A stretch of 64,000 nucleotides of DNA from Candidatus Hydrogenedentota bacterium (GTDB lineage: Bacteria > Hydrogenedentota > Hydrogenedentia > Hydrogenedentales > SLHB01): the NCBI GenBank assembly GCA_045863295.1, contig BTWA01000005.1:32001-96000 (forward strand). Direction: 5' to 3'. The position numbers and the translations under genes are program-made. The notes beneath the pieces were generated by a model. It ran no database searches. It saw nothing but the letters and a program-made list of their open reading frames with translations, and was not told the DNA's origin. Of this stretch, positions 20,540 to 29,779 are shown piece by piece. Within the stretch, counting starts at the first letter, position 1. Each line of letters starts with the position of its first letter.

Positions 20540-21522
20540 TCATGCGAGTTTTTCCGGTGCGAGTACGCTTTATAGTCACAGGGGTGTTAAGTGCCTTGTC
20601 CATGATCGCCGTGGCGGAGAGCCCCGATCAATCTGCCTCCCAACCCAGGAATCTTATTCCAGAGGCGCTGTGGGATGCGTCGTTGTCGGAAAACGAAATA
20701 GTGACCCGGGTGCGCAATTTCGACATTCTGCAGAACGCGATGGCCGATTGGGACCAATCCATGTCGCGTCAGCTTGCCATGAAGGGACAGGCCGATCTGG
20801 CCGCCGATCGGGAAGCCATGATGCGGCGGCGATACGCGCAGATTGAGCGGGCGTGGCGCGAAGTGATCAACCGCTATCCGAATAATGCGCGCGCGGTCAA
20901 TTACTTCGGCGAAGTGATGTACGATCACGCGGGGGATCAAGTCGAAGGGCTACGCATGTGGAAGCTCGCGGAATCGCTGGACGGCAAACTGAGCGAACCG
21001 AAAAACAACCTGGCGTTGTATTACCTGGACAACGGCGACTATGAACAGGGTATTCGTTATCTTGACGCCGCGTTGAAGCTCGATCCGGACAATGCCGACT
21101 ATCTGTACAACGTGTCGCAGATCTACATGATTCACTGGCCGCAAGTGCAGGAAGTCAAGAAGTGGGACGAGGCACGGGTCTACAAGGAAGCCATGGAAGC
21201 ATCGAAAAAAGCGATGACCCTCAAGCCCCATGACTTCAGCCTGATCGAGGATCATGCGCTCAATTATTTCGCCGCGGAGCGGTTCAACATCACGCCGGAT
21301 TGGGCGGAGGCCGCGGGTATGTGGCAGACGGCCCGCAGCCTGGCGTACGAATCCGATCAAACGTTTAATTCGTGGCTGAACGAAGCCCGGTGTTGGATTC
21401 GCGCCAGCGAATTCGCCAAGGCAGAGTCCTGCCTGCAGGAAGCGGCCAAAATCATGCCGGACAGCGATGCCATTCGGGCGCTGCTGGAACGCGCACGCAG
21501 TGGCGGACAAACCCAGGGCTGA
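20536..21522 (+). CDS. Exported TPR protein
   Basis: Signal-like N-terminus; TPR motifs (NNLALYYLDNGDYEQGIRYLDAALKLDPDNADYLYN); ATGA coupling to the GNAT gene. Confidence 0.8.
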   Translation: MIMRVFPVRVRFIVTGVLSALSMIAVAESPDQSASQPRNLIPEALWDASLSENEIVTRVRNFDILQNAMADWDQSMSRQLAMKGQADLAADREAMMRRRYAQIERAWREVINRYPNNARAVNYFGEVMYDHAGDQVEGLRMWKLAESLDGKLSEPKNNLALYYLDNGDYEQGIRYLDAALKLDPDNADYLYNVSQIYMIHWPQVQEVKKWDEARVYKEAMEASKKAMTLKPHDFSLIEDHALNYFAAERFNITPDWAEAAGMWQTARSLAYESDQTFNSWLNEARCWIRASEFAKAESCLQEAAKIMPDSDAIRALLERARSGGQTQG

Positions 21523-21540
21523 CCGGGAGGCGCAGATCAC

Positions 21541-22167
21541 GTGGCGACCGATGACCAAGGCATGCATTGGGGCCGGTTTACTTTTTATGTCGTCTTTATA
21601 CTCTTTGCAATTGGCGTCATTCTGGCTTTTGGCGTGGGCGGCCTGCGGCCTATCCAGATCACTCAGCACTCCATGCGGCCGGGATTTGAACCCGGCGATT
21701 TTATCTTCTCATTTCCGCAAGAGACCTATCACCGAGGCGATATCGTCATTCTCGATTCACCGACCGGCAGCGGCGAGTTGCTGATCAAACGAATTGCCGG
21801 TGTGCCGGGCGATCGGTTGTTTGTCGATGCCGGCTGCCTCTTCATTAATGGCAAGTACGCGTCCGAACCGTACATACTCGAGCCCATGAGCTATTCGATC
21901 GAAGAGCTGACCGTCCCCGAAGGCGAGGTGTTCGTGCTTGGCGACAACCGCAATGAGAGCGAAGACAGCAGTCTGTGGCGCATCGACGCGACGACAGGCA
22001 TCGCCGAATTGATGGATTCCTACGATGCCTCGGGCGGGCAACCCGGCGTGTGGAAGCGGACTGTGCCGATTTCCAGCATTATTGGCAAGGCAAGTTACCG
22101 CTATTTGCCGTTTGACCGCATGGGCGCCATTCAATCGTTCCCCCTCACCAACGTGGATGGCGAGTGA
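21541..22167 (+). CDS. lepB: Signal peptidase I
   Basis: SMRP (catalytic Ser), IKRIAGVPGD (catalytic Lys), GDNRNESEDS; N-terminal TM. Confidence 0.9.
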   Translation: MATDDQGMHWGRFTFYVVFILFAIGVILAFGVGGLRPIQITQHSMRPGFEPGDFIFSFPQETYHRGDIVILDSPTGSGELLIKRIAGVPGDRLFVDAGCLFINGKYASEPYILEPMSYSIEELTVPEGEVFVLGDNRNESEDSSLWRIDATTGIAELMDSYDASGGQPGVWKRTVPISSIIGKASYRYLPFDRMGAIQSFPLTNVDGE

Positions 22168-22194
22168 CCCGCCGCATCCGCCGAAGGATTCGTC

Positions 22195-22689
22195 ATGGCC
22201 ATACCCGATCGATTGCAGGGATTGAAAGGCAGTTGGCAGGGATCCAAACGCGTCTGGTTCGAGCCCGGAGATCCCGTGTGCGAGTCCGACGTCACCTTCG
22301 TAGTTTCAACCGTTTCGCAAGGGCGCTTCCTGCACATGGCCTATCAGTGGAATTTCAACGGCGAACCGCAAGACGGCCTGATAATCCTGGGCGCGAAACT
22401 GACATCGGACAGTACGGGTCCTGTCACGCCTCTGGCGGTCTGGGCCGATTCCTGGCATATGGGGCACGACCTCATGGAATGCGCGGGCTTGCCGGCGGAA
22501 TCCGATGCGGTGGCGGTGCTGGGAGCCTACGGCGATCCGCAGGGCTCCCTGTTTGGCTGGCGTATTGAGTTTGCTCCGCGCGAGCGGGACAGCTTGAGAA
22601 TTGCGATGTTCAACATTCCCCCGCAGCAGACCGAAGTGCTTGCGGTAAAGATGGAACTTCGGCGATCGGCCGCCGTGACAGAGTCTTGA
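22195..22689 (+). CDS. Hypothetical protein, DUF1579-like beta-barrel
   Basis: GSWQG, WADSWHMG, FGWRI motifs recalled for DUF1579; RBS AGGA. Confidence 0.6.
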   Translation: MAIPDRLQGLKGSWQGSKRVWFEPGDPVCESDVTFVVSTVSQGRFLHMAYQWNFNGEPQDGLIILGAKLTSDSTGPVTPLAVWADSWHMGHDLMECAGLPAESDAVAVLGAYGDPQGSLFGWRIEFAPRERDSLRIAMFNIPPQQTEVLAVKMELRRSAAVTES

Positions 22690-22752
22690 CCCAGCCCGCC
22701 ACGGTTTGTAGACTCACGGGTTGAAGCCAATCACAACTGGAGGGGATGTATC

Positions 22753-23304
22753 ATGCCTTCGGTGCTGATCCCGCTGGCGGAGGGATTCGAAGAACTGGAA
22801 GCCGTCACCATCATCGATTTGTTGCGCCGAGCGGACGTCGACGTGGTCACGGCAGGCCTGAAAAACGGTCCGGTGACAGGGTCCCGCAAGACAGTCCTGT
22901 CGCCGGATACGACGCTTGACGCCGCGTTGAAACGGAAATACGACATGGTGGCGTTGCCCGGCGGCCTACCGGGATCGGAACACTTGAAGAACGACGAGCG
23001 CATTCGCGATCTCGTGGTCGCAATGGCGGAACAAGGCAAGTACACCTGCGCCATCTGCGCGGCGCCGATGGTGCTGGCCGCCGCCGGATTGCTGGATGGA
23101 AAACGGGCGACCTGCTACCCCGGAGTTTTTGAGAATCTGAACATGCCGGATGTGAAATCCACCGGCGCCGCCGTCGAACGCGACGGAACCATTATTACAT
23201 CGCGCGGACCCGGCACGGCCATGGATTTCGCGCTCGCGCTGATTGAAGCGATCTGCGGCAAGGCGAAACGCGATACTGTTGAAAAAGGATTGGTGCGCAA
23301 CTGA
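22753..23304 (+). CDS. DJ-1/ThiJ/YajL-family protein (glyoxalase III/deglycase)
   Basis: GFEELEA, LPGGLPGS, AICAAP (nucleophile Cys), TSRGPGTA. Confidence 0.92.
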   Translation: MPSVLIPLAEGFEELEAVTIIDLLRRADVDVVTAGLKNGPVTGSRKTVLSPDTTLDAALKRKYDMVALPGGLPGSEHLKNDERIRDLVVAMAEQGKYTCAICAAPMVLAAAGLLDGKRATCYPGVFENLNMPDVKSTGAAVERDGTIITSRGPGTAMDFALALIEAICGKAKRDTVEKGLVRN

Positions 23305-23332
23305 CGCCCTACGAATCATACAGGAGCACGAC

Positions 23333-24187
23333 ATGTTTTTTTCGGGTATTTCGGACGAAGCGGGCCAATCGATCGACATACAGATCAAGGCGCACTTGGA
23401 TCTCGGATGGAAACATCTCGAGTTGCGCATGGTCGACGGCAAGAACATTACCGCCATCGACGACGCAAAATTCGACGAGGTGTGCGAAAAGACCGCCGCG
23501 GCCGGTTTGAGCGTGTCCTGTTTTGGCAGCGCGATCGCCAACTGGGCTCGGCCGATCACCTGCGATCCCCAGATCGACATCAGCGATCTCGCGGTTGCCA
23601 TTCCCAGAATGAAACGGCTCGGCACGCCGTTCATCCGTGTGATGAGCTATCCCAACGACCCCAAGAATCCCGTTGACGACACCACGTGGCGCAACGAAGC
23701 CATCAAGCGCATGAGAGTGTTCGCGAAGATGGCCGAAGACGGCGGCATCATGCTGTGCCACGAGAATTGCAGTGGCTGGGGCGGACTCAGCGCGGAAAAC
23801 AGCAACATCCTACTCGGCGAAGTGAACAGCCCCGCACTGAAGGTGGTGTTCGATACCGGCAATCCCGTCTCCTACGGGCAGGACGCGTGGGATTACTATC
23901 AGAAGGTCTTCAACGATATCGTCTATGTGCACATCAAAGACGCGAAAAAAGTGAACGGCGAAGACGTCTACACCTATTGCGGCGAAGGCGAAGGCTACGT
24001 GCGCGAAATCGTCGGCGACCTGCTGCAAAAAGGCTACGACGGCGGCTTCTCCATCGAGCCCCATCTCGCCGCCATCATCCATACCGGCGCGAGCACAGAC
24101 AACGCGGCCGCACTCTACGATTCGTATACCGAATACGGCCGCCGCCTGATGAAAATCGTCGAAGAAGTCAGCGTCTGCAAGAAGTAG
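23333..24187 (+). CDS. Sugar phosphate isomerase/epimerase (xylose-isomerase-like TIM barrel)
   Basis: ISDE, HENC, FDTGN, VHIKD, SIEPH metal motifs; ATG 23333 after AGGAG (ORF track 23243). Confidence 0.85.
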   Translation: MFFSGISDEAGQSIDIQIKAHLDLGWKHLELRMVDGKNITAIDDAKFDEVCEKTAAAGLSVSCFGSAIANWARPITCDPQIDISDLAVAIPRMKRLGTPFIRVMSYPNDPKNPVDDTTWRNEAIKRMRVFAKMAEDGGIMLCHENCSGWGGLSAENSNILLGEVNSPALKVVFDTGNPVSYGQDAWDYYQKVFNDIVYVHIKDAKKVNGEDVYTYCGEGEGYVREIVGDLLQKGYDGGFSIEPHLAAIIHTGASTDNAAALYDSYTEYGRRLMKIVEEVSVCKK

Positions 24188-24207
24188 AAGCGGCATCCTG
24201 CCGCTTC
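24184..24207 (+). repeat. REP-like palindrome, copy A
   Basis: GTA-GAAGCGGCA-tcc-TGCCGCTTC, starting with GTAG; contains the TAG stop of the upstream gene. Confidence 0.7.
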
Positions 24208-24327
24208 CAAGCCCGCACGATGACCCCGCAATCATGACAGACCCCTTCCCGGCCGAGAATTAAGAGCCGGTAAGGGGTCTGACTCATTTGTAGAACCATG
24301 CTGTGCCGAAAACCAGGACGCGCCACG

Positions 24328-24348
24328 AAAGCGGCATCCTGCCGCTTT
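24328..24348. repeat. REP-like palindrome, copy B
   Basis: AAAGCGGCA-tcc-TGCCGCTTT, same core as copy A. Confidence 0.7.
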
Positions 24349-24456
24349 ACCTTCAATTCAACCTAGCTCGCTCCAAAACTTTGCCGTGTGGTAAAGTCAG
24401 TGCGCGTCGCAGAGGGTGAAGTCTTACGTCAATTCATCGCAGGGAGAGATCCGCGC

Positions 24457-27400
24457 ATGAACCGCGACCGCAATCTGCTGTTTGGCATCCTCGCTGTTCA
24501 AATGGGGAAAGTCACGCCGTCCCAACTCGTCGAAGCAGCTGGCGCTTGGGCGGCGGACCCATCGCAAAACCTTGCTTCTCGCCTCATGAGTTCAGGTGTT
24601 CTGAAGGAAAAGGACCGCGCGTTGCTGGATGCTTTCGTGGAAGAAGCGGTAAAGGCCCACGAAGGGGACTCGGGAAAGACGCTCGCAGCCTTTGGTGGAC
24701 AGCAACAAGTGAACGCCACCTTTCACGGTTCCATCATCCTTTCGGAATCGGGCGGGGTAGATCCCGCGCCTTCGGCCCAATCTGACCGCTACGTTGACGC
24801 CACTTCGGTGCCCAGTGTGGAGGAATCGCCGGATCGCTATACCCACGTCAGTGAATACGGCCGCGGCGGCATGGGCCGTGTGCTTCTCGTGCATGACGCC
24901 TACCTCGGCCGCAACATCGCGCTTAAGGAATTGCTGCCCGGCGCGGAAGGTTCCTCCGGTCCGGCCACGCCTGCAACGCACTACATGAACATCCTGTCGC
25001 GCTTTCTTCAGGAAGCGCGCATCACGGGCCAACTCGAACATCCGTCCATCGTGCCGGTGTACGAACTCGGTCACCGATCCGACGGCACCTTGTACTACAC
25101 AATGAAACTTGTGCGCGGGCGAACGCTGCGCCAGGCCCTCGCCGAGGCCGACGGTTTGCAAGGCCGCCTGCAACTGCTGCCGCACTTCGTGGATTTGTGC
25201 AACGCCATTGCGTATGCCCACAGCCAGGGCGTCATTCACCGAGACATCAAACCCGCCAACGTCATGGTCGGAGAATTCGGCGAAACCGTTGTGCTCGACT
25301 GGGGCCTCGCCAAGTCCAGGGATCAAGCCGACGTCCACGCCGACGAAATGGCCGAAACGTTGCGCATGTGGGAGATGGCGGAACAGCCAGCTGTTATCGG
25401 TCTAACCGCCCACGGCCAAATTATGGGTACCCCCGCCTACATGGCCCCCGAACAGGCCAAAGGTCAAATCGATCAACTGGACGTCCGGACGGATGTCTAT
25501 GCGCTGGGTGTGGTCCTTTACGAACTGCTCACAGGCCAAACGCCATTTCAAGGCAAGTCCGCCAAGGAAATCCTGGACAAGGTCATCGGCGCGCAGCCCC
25601 GCCCGGTAGCCAAACTGGCATCAAACGCACCGGCTGAACTCGCGGCGATCGCCATGCGGGCGATGGACAAAAACGCGGCGAACAGGTATCAATCCGCCAA
25701 GGATTTGGCGGACGAAGTGCAACGTTTCCAGTCCGGGGCCTTAGTGAAGGCCTACGAATACACTTTCGGGGACAGGGCAACGCGGCTTATTCGGCGTCAC
25801 AAGGCGCTGATTACAACGGCGGCAGTAGCGCTGGTTGTTCTAATGGTCGCGACAGGCTTCTATGTCGTAAGCCTCACTCAGGCCAACCGATTGCTTGTCG
25901 AAGCGCGAAATACCGCTGAGGACAAGACACGAACGGAAGGCGAGGCTCGGAAAGTAGCGGAAGAAACAGTTGAGAAGTTGAAGCGCGCAAGCTATGCATC
26001 GAGCATTCAGCTTGCACAGAAACACCTTGATGCGCAGCAAAGAGATTTGGCTCGCTCGCGTCTGATGGAAACGCCCGAACATCTTCGGAACTGGGAGTGG
26101 GGCTATCTCTACCGCACCATGGACAACTCGAAATTGACGCTCACTGGTCACAAGAATGGGTTGCTCAGCGCTTCATTCAGCCCGGACGGATCGAGGATCG
26201 TTACTGCGTCCAACGACAACACGGCCAAGGTATGGGACTCGATTACCGGTGCTGAAGTGCTTACCCTTACAGGCCACAGGTTTGGTGTGAACAGCGCTTC
26301 ATTCAGCCCGGACGGATCGCGAATCGTTACTGCATCCGACGACAGCACGGCCAAGGTTTGGGATGCGACTACCGGTGCCGAAGTGCTTACGCTTACCGGC
26401 CATGGGAAGGCGGTGTACGGCGTGTCATTCAGACCGGACGGAGCGCGAGTTGTCACTGCGTCCTCGGACTTAACCGCCAAGGTTTGGGATGTGACTACCG
26501 GCGCCGAAGTGCTTACGCTTACCGGCCATAGGGAGATGGTGTACAGCGTTTCATTCAGCCCGGACGGGGTGAGAATTGTCACTGCGTCCTACGACAATAC
26601 CGCCAAGGTATAGGATGCGACTACCGGCGCCGAAGTGCTTACGCTTACCGGCCATGGGGATGTGGTGTACAGCGCGACATACAGCCCGGACGAGACGAGA
26701 ATCGTGACCGCGTCCGAAGACAGCACCGCCAAGGTATGGGATGCGACTACCGGCGCCGAAGTGCTTACGCTTACCGGCCATGGGATTGGTGTGCTCAGCG
26801 CGTCATTTAGCCCGGACGGATCGCGAATCGTCACTGCGTCCAAGGACAATACGGCCAAGGTATGGGATGCGACCACCGGTGCCGAAGTGCTTGCGCTTAC
26901 CGGCCATGGGAATAGTGTGTTCAGTGTTTCATTCAGCCCGGACGGATCGCGAATCGTTACCGCGTCCTCGGACCTAACGGCCAAGGTATGGAATGCGACT
27001 ACCGGTGCCGAAGTGCTTACGTTTGCGGGCCATGGGGATGTGGTGTACAGCGCATTATTCAGCCCGGACGGGGCGAGAATCGTCACGGCGTCCGACGACA
27101 GCACGGCCAAGGTATGGAACGCGACTACCGGTGCCGAATTGCTTACGCTTACTGGCCATGGGATTGGTGTGCTTAGCGCTTCATTCAGCCCGGACGGATC
27201 GCGAATCGTCACTGCGTCCTGGGACAACACGGCAAAGGTATGGGACGCGACTACCGGTGCCGAATTGCTTACGCTTACCGGCCATGGGAATAGTGTGTTC
27301 AGCGCTTCATTCAGCCCGGACGGATCGCGAATCGTCACTGCGTCCTTGGACAACACGGTCAAGGTTTGGGACGCGACTACCGGTGCCAAAGTGCTTACGT

Positions 27401-28545
27401 TTACCGGCCTTGGGGTGATCAGCGCTTCATTCAGCCTGGACGGGGCACGAATCGTCGCTGCATTCAGTGACGGCAAGGGCAAGGTATGGGACGCGACTAC
27501 CGGTGCCGAAGTACTTACGTTTACCGGCCATGGGAGTAGTATGCAATGCGCTTCATTCAGCCCTGACGGCGAGCGAATCGTCACTGCGTCTTGGGACAAC
27601 ACGGCCAAGGTATGGGACGCGACTACCGGCACGGAGGTGCTTACGCTTACCGGCCATGGGAGTAGTGTACACAGCGCTTCATTCGGCCCGGACGGATCGC
27701 GAATCGTCACTGCGTCCTGGGACAATACGGCCAAGGTATGGGACGCAACTCCATGGTCGACTGAATCCTGGAAAGACGACAAACAACGAGGCATGCTAGT
27801 CGAATTGGCACTGCGCGAAGCCCCGATCATTCAGCATCCGTTGTTTCTTTCCTCAAGCGAGCAGCAAGCCGTCCTTGACGCCTTGAACTCGCTCGTAAAA
27901 CGATTTCGCAATGGGTCATCCCCGGATAAGGCTCAAGGATTTCGTGACGTGGAGGGCCAAGGCATTTACATCGAAGACGCGGCGACATTGCCCGCAGTGG
28001 ATGGCATACCGCTCCGCGACGAGGACCTGATCGTCGGTGTGAACGGTAAGCGTATCGACGCAGCCGCCGAAGCGGCCCGTGTCCTGATGGAATCCATTGC
28101 CCTTCCGATCAAGGACCCGTCCGCTCCGAGGACTTCGATCTCGATCGAGGTTGTAAACCGGTTTGACCGAAAGTTGTATCGCATACCGCTTGCCGTGTTC
28201 GTGGAGACGGAGATTCGTTTCCCGCGGCAACGCATTCTTGGGATTCTGAAACTGAAGTGCACCCTGATCGATAGGCGTATGAACGACAACGCGCGCAAAT
28301 TTGGCACGGTAGATATTGAACAGGCCATCTCCGTGGACGAATTGGCCGTACCGTTGGGGTTGGAAGAAAATGATCTGGTAATTTCGCTGAACGGGCATGA
28401 GATTCGGGGATTGCCGACGCTTCTGAAAGCTTTCACCAGCACCCGGGACAAGGTTGAGGATGGATCGCTGACTTCTACCGACCTTGTCGTCTATCGCGAA
28501 GCGACTCGACAAGTTGTCACCACCAAGATCGTTGTCGATCCTTGA
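24457..28545 (+). pseudogene. Ser/Thr kinase-TM-WD40(x13)-PDZ-like(x2) gene interrupted by one in-frame TAG at 26611-26613
   Basis: ORFs 24388-26613 and 26635-28545 are in the same frame; junction reads GCC AAG GTA TAG GAT GCG where sister repeats read GCC AAG GTA TGG GAT GCG; kinase motifs GRGGMG, HRDIKPAN, DWG, GTPAYMAPE; start ATG 24457 after GGGAGAG. Confidence 0.85.
26134..27756 (+). repeat. Tandem array of 13 WD40 repeats (126-bp unit; unit 11 is 120 bp)
   Basis: Units start at 26134, 26260, 26386, 26512, 26638, 26764, 26890, 27016, 27142, 27268, 27394, 27514, 27640; consensus LTLTGHxxxVxSASFSPDGSRIVTASxDxTAKVWDATTGAEV. Confidence 0.95.
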
Positions 28546-28558
28546 TCGAAACTACTGC

Positions 28559-28690
28559 CTATTGTCCACCTTGTTGTTGGTGAAACTGGATCGGGTCCTT
28601 GATGCACGCGCGTTGGCAGGCGGGGCATAGGTCGAGGGTCATGCTTTTGTAGACCGTCTCTTCGATTTCCTTGAGGTCATTGTGTTTCAT
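28559..28690 (-). pseudogene. Small ORF or 3' gene remnant with a CxxC motif (43 aa), not in the ORF track
   Basis: Manual translation MKHNDLKEIEETVYKSMTLDLCPACQRACIKDPIQFHQQQGGQ*; no clear RBS; frame runs upstream into REP copy C. Confidence 0.5.
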
Positions 28691-28725
28691 CTGCTCAATG
28701 TGGGCGGTGCCGAGGCTTTGTGACG

Positions 28726-28745
28726 GCGGCAGGATTCCGCTTCTA
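28726..28745 (-). repeat. REP-like element, copy C (inverted relative to copy A)
   Basis: Minus strand TAGAAGCGGAATCCTGCCGC matches 24185-24204 (TAGAAGCGGCATCCTGCCGC) at 19/20; contains the TAG stop of the PhyH gene. Confidence 0.7.
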
Positions 28746-29594
28746 TTCCCTCACCCCAAGGAACTCCCCCGGAATCCGTGACACTTCCGTGACGATGTCT
28801 GCATTCGCCCCTTCAATGATTTTGGGTTTAGGTTTGTTCCACCAACTCGGCACGGTTGGCCAGGGGAAGACGCCGTGCCATTGCAGGATGAGGGTGCGGC
28901 GTTGGTTGGACTGGTTGGCGTAGGCGGCGTGCAACAGTCGCGCGTCGTTGATGACGAGATCGCCTGCCTTGACGGGCAGATCCACCGCGTCGGGATGATC
29001 TTGAAAGGCGGGATGATCCGGCGTAGCCGCCTGGATTTCCGGGCCGTGCGCGGGGGGAAGCACGTCGTGCAGCGGAATGCGTTTTAAGTGCGTGCCGGGG
29101 ATGGCGCGCAGACAGCCATTTTCTTTGGTCGTATCGACGAGATAGTAGGAAAGGAAAATGCGCGTGGGCCATGGCAGACACGCCTTGGGATGATTCCACT
29201 CCATGAAGTCCTGATGCCAGTAAAGCGCCGGACCGTTTGCGGGTTTGCTGAGGATGAGCATCGTGTCGTCGGGCTGTTGCCCTTCGAGTCCGAGTAGCCT
29301 GCACGCTTCCCATGCTTCCGGCAAGTCGACTAGTTCATCTACCAGCGAACTGGTCAATGCGGTGTCCGGCCGGTGCAAGTCGCCGCGCGCCTGACGCCGC
29401 AACGAGTTCACGTGAAAATCGCTGCCCTGGTATTGCGTAGCCGGGTCGGCGGGGAGATTGTCGAGCAGTTCATCGCTGAAGGCACGCAGACGATTCAACA
29501 GATCGCCACGCAACACGCCGGGAATGACGCAATACCCGTCATGCAACAGTTGATCGCGCTTTTCGGTGGCCTCAAGTTCTGACAGAATGGACAT
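28743..29594 (-). CDS. Phytanoyl-CoA dioxygenase (PhyH) family Fe(II)/2-oxoglutarate dioxygenase
   Basis: DGYCVIPGVL, WHQD (HxD), ENGCLRAIPGTH, LLHAAYANQS..RR. Confidence 0.9.
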   Translation of the reverse strand: MSILSELEATEKRDQLLHDGYCVIPGVLRGDLLNRLRAFSDELLDNLPADPATQYQGSDFHVNSLRRQARGDLHRPDTALTSSLVDELVDLPEAWEACRLLGLEGQQPDDTMLILSKPANGPALYWHQDFMEWNHPKACLPWPTRIFLSYYLVDTTKENGCLRAIPGTHLKRIPLHDVLPPAHGPEIQAATPDHPAFQDHPDAVDLPVKAGDLVINDARLLHAAYANQSNQRRTLILQWHGVFPWPTVPSWWNKPKPKIIEGANADIVTEVSRIPGEFLGVRE

Positions 29595-29779
29595 GCTTCA
29601 GCTCCCATGACATATACACAGATACAGCAAATCTTGCACAACGGCACTGGAAAAGCAATCTTGCCGGGTCGCGAAATCCAGCGAAATCAGACCACAATGA
29701 ACTTCCGCGCGCGTTGACATTTGCGAACGGACGCTTCTATGGTGCTGGAATTACCGGTACGGGAGGAAGGGAGCCACCC

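Noticed and set aside
26134..27756. Regular repeats with variable inserts read as a CRISPR array or DGR target
   Set aside because: Units are 126-bp in-frame coding WD40 repeats. There are no cas genes, reverse transcriptase or template repeat in the window, and variation is not obviously adenine-restricted.
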